Source: Gammaproteobacteria bacterium (GTDB lineage: Bacteria; Pseudomonadota; Gammaproteobacteria; Tethybacterales; Persebacteraceae). From it: a stretch of 33,512 nucleotides of DNA. Shown here one piece after another: positions 9,428 to 16,634 of this stretch. The notes below the pieces were generated by a model, which did not search any database, was not told where the DNA came from, and worked only from the letters and a program-made list of their open reading frames with translations. The stretch's first letter is position 1. Each line of letters opens with the position of its first letter. Where the stretch lies: the NCBI GenBank assembly GCA_051009015.1, contig JBPCWZ010000060.1, positions 1 through 33,512 on the forward strand, in the 5' to 3' direction. The position numbers were made by a program, and so were the translations under genes.

Positions 9428-10682
9428 CAACCGCCCGCCGCAATACGCCCCGCGCCGCCAAAGTCATGCGGTGTGCATTGGCAATGTCGTCATCGGCGGC
9501 GGCGCGCCGGTTGTCGTCCAATCCATGACCGACACCGATACCGCCGATGATTTGGCAACGGCAATTCAATGCGCCGACCTCGTCCGCGCCGGTGCCGAAA
9601 TGGTGCGCATTACCGTCAATACGCCAAAGGCGGCGGCTGCCGTGGAATCGGTGCGCAAGCGGCTTGATGATATGGATATTAACGCGCCGCTTATCGGTGA
9701 TTTTCATTACAACGGGCACAAACTTCTGGCGCAATATCCCGACTGCGCGCGGGCGCTGGCAAAATACCGCATCAACCCCGGCAATATCGGCAAAGGCGAC
9801 AAGCACGATGCGCAGTTTCGCGCCATTGTGGATATCGCACTGCACAACGACAAACCCCTGCGCATTGGCGTTAATTGGGGGAGTGTTGACCCCGATTTGC
9901 TGGCGGCGATGATGGATGAAAACGCCCGGGCAAAACCGCCGCAAGATTCTCAAATCGTTTTGCGCTCGGCATTGGTGGAGTCGGCATTACTTTCGGCGCG
10001 GGCGGCGCAACAATGGGGAATGCCGCCGGAAAGAATTGTCATATCGTGCAAAACCAGCCGCATACCGGATTTGCTGGCGGTATATCGCCGCCTGGCAAAA
10101 GAATGCCGCTATCCCCTGCATTTGGGTTTGACCGAAGCGGGCGGCGGTTTGGGCGGGACGGCATCATCCAGCGCGGCGATGGCGATATTACTTGCCGAAG
10201 GCATCGGCGACACCATTCGCGCATCGCTGACACCGGCACCGGGCGCGGCACGAAGCGAAGAGGCAAAGTTGTGCTGTGTTTTATTACAATCGCTCGGCTT
10301 GCGCGCTTTTGCCCCGCGCGTTGCCGCATGCCCCGGTTGCGGGCGCACCGGCAGCGACTTTTTTCGCCGTTTGGCGGGGACGATAGAAGAACACATTGCG
10401 CGGCAACTGCCAAAATGGAAGCGGGAATATCCGGGCGTGGAAAATCTTAATATTGCGGTAATGGGCTGCATTGTCAATGGCCCCGGCGAATCGCAACATG
10501 CCGACATCGGCATATCCCTGCCGGGCAGCGGCGAGAGTCCTGTCGCGCCGGTTTTTATTGACGGCAAAAAAACCACGGCACTAAAAGGCGAAAACATCGC
10601 CGCAGATTTCATCAACATACTGGAACAATACATCCGCAACAAATACGCCCGGGCAGAGGGCGGTGGTGAAAAATTCGGTTAA
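9411..10682 (+). CDS. ispG: 4-hydroxy-3-methylbut-2-en-1-yl diphosphate synthase
   Basis: The track ORF was trimmed to the ATG at 9411. Motifs present: VVVQSMTDTDT, RINPGNIG, ACPGCGRT and MGCIVNGPGE. Confidence 0.9.
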   Translation: MTPADNNRPPQYAPRRQSHAVCIGNVVIGGGAPVVVQSMTDTDTADDLATAIQCADLVRAGAEMVRITVNTPKAAAAVESVRKRLDDMDINAPLIGDFHYNGHKLLAQYPDCARALAKYRINPGNIGKGDKHDAQFRAIVDIALHNDKPLRIGVNWGSVDPDLLAAMMDENARAKPPQDSQIVLRSALVESALLSARAAQQWGMPPERIVISCKTSRIPDLLAVYRRLAKECRYPLHLGLTEAGGGLGGTASSSAAMAILLAEGIGDTIRASLTPAPGAARSEEAKLCCVLLQSLGLRAFAPRVAACPGCGRTGSDFFRRLAGTIEEHIARQLPKWKREYPGVENLNIAVMGCIVNGPGESQHADIGISLPGSGESPVAPVFIDGKKTTALKGENIAADFINILEQYIRNKYARAEGGGEKFG

Positions 10683-10685
10683 AAT
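10677..10685. repeat. Left copy of the 9-bp direct repeat GGTTAAAAT flanking the methyltransferase/HNH cassette
   Basis: An identical 9-mer lies at 13177-13185. The left copy contains the ispG stop codon (TAA at 10680-10682). Confidence 0.6.
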
Positions 10686-10691
10686 ACGGCA

Positions 10692-11291
10692 ATGGCGGCA
10701 AGGATAGCGGGCGGCAAATCAAATAATACGGCTTTGCCGCGGCGGCGCGGGAAGTATCGGTGTTTGGTTGTGGACCCGCCGTGGCGGCAGGGAAAGACCG
10801 GCAAGCGTAGCGCGCGCCCGAATCAAGGCGTTACGCTGGATTATCCGACAATGCCGCTTTCGGAAATCAAGGCGTTGCCGGTGCCGGAATGGGCGGCGGA
10901 AGAATCATTTTTGTGGTTGTGGGCGACTAACAGCAAAGACCGCACGACCGGCTTGCCGGTGGTCAAAATGGCGTTTGAGTTGCTGGACCATTGGGGCTAT
11001 ACTTTTCATACCATGCTGACATGGGACAAAAAAACCGGACCTTGCCCGTTCAGCCCGTATCAAATTGTGAGCGAGCATGTTTTGTTTGCATGGCGCGGGG
11101 CGGCGCGTTTTGAGCGGGCACATCTCGGACGGATGAAAACGGTGTTTTCTGAATCGCCCCGCGGGCACAGCGTCAAACCGCAAACTTTATACGAGCATAT
11201 CCGCGCCGCTTTTCCGGGTCCGCGCCTTGATGTTTTCGCCCGCCAAAAGCGGCAGGGTTTTGACGGTTGGGGAAACGAATATGACGGATAG
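10692..11291 (+). CDS. MT-A70-family DNA (adenine-N6) methyltransferase
   Basis: Motifs present: VVDPPW (motif IV), FLWLWATN, MLTWDKK, EHVLFAWRG, HSVKPQTLYEHI and RLDVFARQ...GFDGWGNE, all hallmarks of MT-A70/M.MunI-like enzymes. There are only 9 nt after the ispG stop and no obvious SD. Confidence 0.8.
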   Translation: MAARIAGGKSNNTALPRRRGKYRCLVVDPPWRQGKTGKRSARPNQGVTLDYPTMPLSEIKALPVPEWAAEESFLWLWATNSKDRTTGLPVVKMAFELLDHWGYTFHTMLTWDKKTGPCPFSPYQIVSEHVLFAWRGAARFERAHLGRMKTVFSESPRGHSVKPQTLYEHIRAAFPGPRLDVFARQKRQGFDGWGNEYDG

Positions 11292-12099
11292 TTCCGCCGT
11301 TGCGGTTAAAAAACCCCCGCGCCACAAAACACCGGCGAAGCGAGCCAACTTGCTTTCCGGCTCGCAATGGCTGCAGCATTCTTTCAGCATCTGGCGCGGC
11401 TTGGGCAAAACTTCCGCCGAAAGAAAAATCGGGCATCCGGCGATGTTTCCGGTCAGTTTGGTATCGCGTATTTTGGACGCCTATACCCGTTGCGAAGGCG
11501 TTTTGCTGGACCCTTTTGCCGGTAGCGGGTCGGCGCTTGAAGCGGCGCTGGCAAAAGGGATGGATGTGGTCGGCGTTGACATTAACCGGCACTTTTACGA
11601 TATTTTTAAGGAGCGGGCGGCGCCCCTTTCATCATCGCAATGGTGCTATATTGTCGGCGATGCGCGGCATCTGCGGGCATTGTTGCCACCCGACAGCGCT
11701 GATGTTTGCATAACTTCGCCGCCGTATTGGGATATCCTCAACCGCAAGCGCAGCGCCGATGGCAAAAACGCCCGCTCGTATTCTTCCCTCGCCGACGACA
11801 TGGGCAATGTGAAGTTGTACCGCGAGTTTTTGGATTGTCTGGGGGATGTTTTTGCCGGGGTTCGTTCGGTGCTGAAACCCGGCGCGCCTTTTGTTTTGAA
11901 TGTTGCGGATTTGCGCAAGGGTCCGGTTTTTTACCCCCTGCACATGGATGCCGCCGAGGAAGCGCGGCGACACGGTTTTGTATTGGAGGACATTATTGTT
12001 TGGGACCGGCAATCCGACTATAACAACCAGCGCCCGCTCGGGTATCCGTATAAGTTCATCATCAACAAAGTTCACGAGTATCTTCTCGTGCTGCGCTGA
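11281..12099 (+). CDS. DNA methyltransferase (N4-cytosine or N6-adenine), motif order X/I before IV
   Basis: The track ORF was trimmed to the ATG at 11281, which overlaps the upstream gene by 11 nt. HPAMFPVSL and LLDPFAGSGS (AdoMet binding) precede CITSPPYW (catalytic SPPY). Confidence 0.75.
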   Translation: MTDSSAVAVKKPPRHKTPAKRANLLSGSQWLQHSFSIWRGLGKTSAERKIGHPAMFPVSLVSRILDAYTRCEGVLLDPFAGSGSALEAALAKGMDVVGVDINRHFYDIFKERAAPLSSSQWCYIVGDARHLRALLPPDSADVCITSPPYWDILNRKRSADGKNARSYSSLADDMGNVKLYREFLDCLGDVFAGVRSVLKPGAPFVLNVADLRKGPVFYPLHMDAAEEARRHGFVLEDIIVWDRQSDYNNQRPLGYPYKFIINKVHEYLLVLR

Positions 12100-13121
12100 T
12101 GTCCGGCATTTTGACAAACGCTTCGTTTTGGCGATGGGCGGGTTTTTTGGCAAACCCCGCACGCGCCGCCGACATTCATGCCGAAATGAATCCGGACAAG
12201 AAACAAACATTTGCCGAAGAATACCGCAACCTGACCGGGGTTGTGCTTTCGTTGCCCGGCGACAAAGCGCCGTTTTATGTGTGGAAGCCGGGAAGCAGCA
12301 AATACGGAGTGCAGTTGCGCGTTTATTTTTTCGGCACGATGGGCGCGCACCCGGATGCGGCGGGCTTATTCAACATTACCGATGGGCGGGCGAAAGGCAC
12401 GCTCAGAATCAACAACGGCGAGTTTGTGCGCGGATTGTTTGCGGCGGGTTTTCTCATCGGAAAAAATGCCGACTGCGCCGTCCGCGTGAGGGAGCGGGCG
12501 GGGCAATTCACCGGCGATTTTGACGAAGGTTTCGGCATGATGACCGCGCAAGAGCGCGCGGAATTGCTCGTCAGGGAGGAATGCGCGCAAACCGGCAGCC
12601 GCACTTTTGAGGCGGACACCTTGGTGGAATTGATAAACAAACACGGTGCCCGGGCGGATGAAACCTTGAAGCAATTGTGTGCGCGCGGCGTTTTGCTTGA
12701 AAATAAAAATCATAACGCCTACACGCTTTCGGGCGCGGATATATTGCCCGGCGAGTTGGAAAAAGAATCCGCGGTGCTTGTTGTGCGCGGCGAATCCAAC
12801 GCCGACAAAAGGGAAGTTTTGCTGGAAACCTACGCGCGCAACCGCGGCTGGGTGCGGCTGGCAAAAAAAGTTTTCGGCGAAAAATGCATGTGCCAAAACT
12901 GCAACAATGCCTTCACCAAAAAAGACGGCAAGCCATATATTGAAGTCCATCACATAGTACCTTTGCATAAGGGAGGAGAAGATGGCGTGTGGAATTTGTC
13001 GGTGCTGTGCGCGCATCATCACCGAATGGCGCATTTTGCCCGCGACAAGGACAGGCGGACGATAAGCAGTTATCTGGTGAAAGAAAACCAACGGTTGCGC
13101 GCCGCCGTTATTAAGCCATAA
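12099..13121 (+). CDS. HNH endonuclease with an unrecognised ~240-aa N-terminal region (putative restriction endonuclease)
   Basis: The C-terminus CQNCN...PYIEVHHIVPLHKGGEDGVWNLSVLCAHHHRMAH is a McrA-like HNH motif. Its ATG overlaps the TGA of the preceding methyltransferase (TGATG at 12097-12101). Confidence 0.75.
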   Translation: MSGILTNASFWRWAGFLANPARAADIHAEMNPDKKQTFAEEYRNLTGVVLSLPGDKAPFYVWKPGSSKYGVQLRVYFFGTMGAHPDAAGLFNITDGRAKGTLRINNGEFVRGLFAAGFLIGKNADCAVRVRERAGQFTGDFDEGFGMMTAQERAELLVREECAQTGSRTFEADTLVELINKHGARADETLKQLCARGVLLENKNHNAYTLSGADILPGELEKESAVLVVRGESNADKREVLLETYARNRGWVRLAKKVFGEKCMCQNCNNAFTKKDGKPYIEVHHIVPLHKGGEDGVWNLSVLCAHHHRMAHFARDKDRRTISSYLVKENQRLRAAVIKP

Positions 13122-13176
13122 ATCTCGCCCTTTTTGTATATCGTATTTGACGGTGACCGCACCGCGGGCGGGCGGG

Positions 13177-13185
13177 GGTTAAAAT
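13177..13185. repeat. Right copy of the 9-bp direct repeat GGTTAAAAT
   Basis: Identical to 10677-10685. It overlaps the mobA start codon by 2 nt (ATG at 13184). Confidence 0.6.
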
Positions 13186-13948
13186 GGGAGCGATGAACGG
13201 CGGGGATGTTATTGGGGTTGTTTTGGCTGGCGGGCGGGGGCGGAGAATGGGCGGCGGCGACAAGGGGTTGCTGAAACTCGGCGGGATGACGCTTGCGGCT
13301 ATTGCCGTGCGCCGTTTGCAAAAACAAACGCGCGCCGTCATCATTAACGCCAATCGCAATCATTTGGAATATCAACAAACCGGCTGTCCGGTTGTCGCCG
13401 ATGCCGCAGTGGAAAACGGCGGCAAAGATGAAAACGACAAGCGCAAACAAAGTTGCGAAAGTGAAAATAACAAGCGCGGCGGCTTTGATAATCGCGGCGG
13501 TGATAAGCACAAACGCGGCGGGGTTGATAACTTCGGCGGGGGGAATGCTGACGGCGGGGTTGATGATTCTTGCCGGTTTGCCGGTCCTTTGGCGGGGATG
13601 CTTGCCGGGATGCGGGCGGCGGATGGGGAATGGGTGCTTTTTGTGCCGTGCGATTGTCCGTTTTTTCCCGCTACTTTGGCGCGGGAGTTAGCCGCCGGGG
13701 CAAAAAAGCAAAATGCCGATATTGCCGTTGCCGTTGCCGGCGGCAGGGAGCAGCCGGTTTTTATGCTTGTCCGGCGGCGTTTGTTTGCGGATATGGCGGC
13801 GTTTGTCGGCGGCGGCGGGCGCAAGATAGATTTGTGGTACGGGCGTCATCAATGTGCCAAAGTGTTGTTTGACGATGCCGAAGCATTTGCCAACATAAAC
13901 ACGCCGGAAGATTTGGCGGCGGCGCAAAAGCGGCTTTTGTCGGCATAA
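13184..13948 (+). CDS. mobA: Molybdenum cofactor guanylyltransferase with an internal low-complexity insertion
   Basis: Motifs present: GVVLAGGRGRRMGGGDKGLL, NANRN, GPLAGMLAGM, VPCDCPFFP and NINTPEDL. An alternative ATG lies at 13193. About 56 extra residues sit between VVADA and RFAGPLAG relative to E. coli MobA as I recall it. Confidence 0.85.
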   Translation: MGAMNGGDVIGVVLAGGRGRRMGGGDKGLLKLGGMTLAAIAVRRLQKQTRAVIINANRNHLEYQQTGCPVVADAAVENGGKDENDKRKQSCESENNKRGGFDNRGGDKHKRGGVDNFGGGNADGGVDDSCRFAGPLAGMLAGMRAADGEWVLFVPCDCPFFPATLARELAAGAKKQNADIAVAVAGGREQPVFMLVRRRLFADMAAFVGGGGRKIDLWYGRHQCAKVLFDDAEAFANINTPEDLAAAQKRLLSA

Positions 13949-14009
13949 AGGAGTTGCGGTGTTTATTGTGTTTATGCCGTTTGCGGAAGAATCCGAAAGG
14001 TAAATAACG

Positions 14010-15950
14010 ATGGATGATATTTTTGCCGCCGACGGGATATTGGCGCGGGCGATGCCCGGCTACCGCCCGCGCGCGGGGCAGGTTGAGATGGCGCGGGCGG
14101 TGGAGAAGGCGGCGGCATCGGGCGGGTGTTTTATGTTTGAAGCCGGCACCGGCATCGGCAAAACTTTCGCCTATCTGGCGCCGATTATCCAAAACGGATT
14201 AAGCGCGGTCATATCAACCGGCACGCGCGCTTTGCAGGATCAACTTTTTCTGGGCGACATTCCGCTGCTGGAAAAAGCATTCGGGCGCAAAGTGCGGGCG
14301 ACCGTGCTTAAGGGGCGGGCGAACTATTTGTGCAAGCGCAATATCGCCGCGGGCGGCGGCGGGATGCTGTCGGGCGCGGAAGACAGCGAGTGGGCGAAAA
14401 TAACCGCCTTTGCCGCGCACACCAAAGACGGCGACATAAGAAGCGCCGACAATATCGCCGCCGATTCTCCGGCGATTGCCGCGGCGGTGTCCACGCGCGA
14501 AAGTTGCCCGGTGCAAAAGTGCGATTATTACGGCGAATGTTTCTTATACGCCGCCCGCGCCCGCGCACGGGAGGCGGATATCGTCATTGTCAATCATCAT
14601 CTTTTTCTCGCCGACATGCGCCTGAAAGAAGAAGGAATAGCGGAAATATTGCCGTCGCGCGATGTTTTGCTGTTTGACGAAGCGCATCTTTTGCCGCAAC
14701 TTGCAACGCAATATCTCGGCGACGGCGCAAGCGTTTTGCAGTTGCTGCGGTTGATAAAACAATCCAAAAGCAACACTCCCGCGGCGCTTGCTTTGACGGC
14801 GGCGGCGGAAAGGTATTTGCGCGAACTCTCCGCCCTCGGCGGTTTGCGCCTGCCGCGCGATGTTGTAATGACAAATGCCAAAACCGCCGATGCGGGCGCG
14901 GTTGTGGCACAAGCGGCACAAGGGTTTGCCGAAGAGTTGATAGACAATGCCGGTGAAGACGAAGTTGCGGCAAACTGCGGCGAGGCGACATTGCGCTGGG
15001 CGCGGCAAATGGGCGAATGGCTTGCCGAAGAAGACGAAAGCGAAAACGGCGAAAAGGGGGAAGATGAGGAGAAAGAAGGGGAGGAAGAATCGCCGCGCGT
15101 GCGATGGCTGGAAAAGAATGTCAAAAACGCCGTTATGCATTGTGCGCCATTGTCCGGTCGCGCGGCTTTTTTGCGCCAGTGGGAGAATTGCAATTGCGTT
15201 ATCTTTACTTCGGCGACTCTTTCGGTCGGCGGCGGTTTTGACGATTTCGCCCATGCCGCCGGTTTGGATTCTTCCAATGACGCATCGGCATGGCAAAGCC
15301 CTTATGATTTTGCCAATCGGGCGATGTTGTATTTGCCGCCCGGCTTGCCGATGCCAAATGACGCCGGACACACGCAAGCGGCGGCGGAAGTCGCTTTGCC
15401 GCTGATAGAAGCAAACCGCGGGCGGGCTTTTGTTTTGTTTTCCAGTTGGCGCGCTTTGCAAACCGGGGCGGAAATACTTCGCGAGCGTTTGCCGCCGGAA
15501 TATGTGATATTGCGGCAGGGGGACGAATCCAACGAGCGTTTGCTGGCAAAATTCAAGAACAGCGAAAACGCCGTCCTTGCCGGTACTTTGTCATTTTGGC
15601 AGGGGGTGGATGTCAAGGGAGAATCGCTTTCGCTTGTTGTCGTGGATAAGATACCCTTTGCCCCGCCGGACGACCCGGTTTTGGCGGCGCGCGACCGGTG
15701 GCGGCGGTTGCGCGGCGAAGATCCTTTTCGCAAGAATCAACTTCCGGCGGCGGTGACATTGATGAAACAAGTAGCGGGCAGGTTATTGCGCGATTTTGAC
15801 GATTACGGCGTATTCACCGCCTGCGACCCGCGCCTGACAACACGCGGATACGGCAAAGTAATACTCCGCTCCCTGCCGCCGATGACACAAGCCAAAACCG
15901 CCAAAGAAGCGGCGGATTTTTTGCGCAGGATGGCGGCGGGGGGAAAGTAG
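14010..15950 (+). CDS. ATP-dependent DNA helicase, DinG/YoaA (XPD-like, Fe-S) family
   Basis: Motifs present: Walker A FEAGTGIGKTFAYL, DEAH box (LFDEAHLL), a Cys cluster C-x5-C-x5-C (CPVQKCDYYGEC) and C-terminal VVVDKIPFAPPDDPV. Confidence 0.85.
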   Translation: MDDIFAADGILARAMPGYRPRAGQVEMARAVEKAAASGGCFMFEAGTGIGKTFAYLAPIIQNGLSAVISTGTRALQDQLFLGDIPLLEKAFGRKVRATVLKGRANYLCKRNIAAGGGGMLSGAEDSEWAKITAFAAHTKDGDIRSADNIAADSPAIAAAVSTRESCPVQKCDYYGECFLYAARARAREADIVIVNHHLFLADMRLKEEGIAEILPSRDVLLFDEAHLLPQLATQYLGDGASVLQLLRLIKQSKSNTPAALALTAAAERYLRELSALGGLRLPRDVVMTNAKTADAGAVVAQAAQGFAEELIDNAGEDEVAANCGEATLRWARQMGEWLAEEDESENGEKGEDEEKEGEEESPRVRWLEKNVKNAVMHCAPLSGRAAFLRQWENCNCVIFTSATLSVGGGFDDFAHAAGLDSSNDASAWQSPYDFANRAMLYLPPGLPMPNDAGHTQAAAEVALPLIEANRGRAFVLFSSWRALQTGAEILRERLPPEYVILRQGDESNERLLAKFKNSENAVLAGTLSFWQGVDVKGESLSLVVVDKIPFAPPDDPVLAARDRWRRLRGEDPFRKNQLPAAVTLMKQVAGRLLRDFDDYGVFTACDPRLTTRGYGKVILRSLPPMTQAKTAKEAADFLRRMAAGGK

Positions 15951-16006
15951 CGGGCAACCGCAAGCGTTAGCCGACTTGCCTCATTACTTTAATCAATTTG
16001 CATTCA

Positions 16007-16459
16007 TTATCGCGCCGACACATTGCGGATTTTTGATGCAAGGTATGCCCACATAGCCACTGAGACTATTATTGCCAACAACGATATGAGCATGTCTCCC
16101 GTTTCTTCCCCAACGGACATAGCCTCCATCACTACCCCCAGGAAGATGCCAACAAGAAAAAAGAAAACCAAGACTCTGACGGACACAGGAATAGCCAAGC
16201 ACGCCATCCTTAGGACAAAGTCCGCATCATCGCCCGCGCTGTTTCTTCTGTAGCAAACCAACACGCCCGCGACCGAGACAGCCATGGAAACGGCGAATTC
16301 TAAGAAAAGAAAGCCCGCGGTGAGGTTTTCGGAATCCGGAATATACAACAACACCCCCCAAAAAACGGTGGACAGGAGAAAGTACTTGAACTGCTCCAAC
16401 TGGGTCACGCGCCCGGATTTCAGGTCTTCCACGAGCGAATCAACTTTCCACAGATACAT
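16007..16459 (-). CDS. Hypothetical small membrane protein (about 4 TM helices), compositionally atypical
   Basis: The track ORF was trimmed to the ATG at 16459, which is preceded by AAGGAAAAAACC (SD-like). The product (MYLWKVDSLVEDLKSGRVTQLEQFKYFLLSTVFWGVLLY...) has no motif I recognise. G+C looks lower by eye than in its neighbours. Confidence 0.55.
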   Translation of the reverse strand: MYLWKVDSLVEDLKSGRVTQLEQFKYFLLSTVFWGVLLYIPDSENLTAGFLFLEFAVSMAVSVAGVLVCYRRNSAGDDADFVLRMACLAIPVSVRVLVFFFLVGIFLGVVMEAMSVGEETGDMLISLLAIIVSVAMWAYLASKIRNVSAR

Positions 16460-16493
16460 GGTTTTTTCCTTTGTTGTTTTGCGGGGCAATTGG

Positions 16494-16534
16494 CGGTTTG
16501 GCGCATCCCGCAAATGTGCGCCAAACCGGTTTTT
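16494..16534 (+). terminator. Strong terminator-like hairpin (12-bp perfect stem) plus T5, with no adjacent upstream + strand gene
   Basis: cggtttggcgca (16494-16505) pairs perfectly with tgcgccaaaccg (16517-16528), leaving an 11-nt loop, then g and ttttt (16530-16534). There is no T tract in the opposite orientation. Confidence 0.45.
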
Positions 16535-16634
16535 ACGGCGGGCGGTTTTTATGCCCTGCCCGCCGATGGCAAATCGCATTATACGACAAAATGCCATCGG
16601 CGCATTTTTTTTGTTATTGGCGGGATGGTGTATA

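Noticed and set aside
14544-15461. 305-aa and 226-aa minus-strand ORFs inside the helicase gene
   Set aside because: They are antisense to a + strand ORF with Walker A, DEAH and Fe-S motifs, and they have no motifs of their own.
16284-16634. N-terminal 117-codon extension of the dolP ORF
   Set aside because: It overlaps the opposite-strand membrane-protein gene and the structured intergenic region. The lipoprotein signal peptide begins at the ATG 16635/16647.
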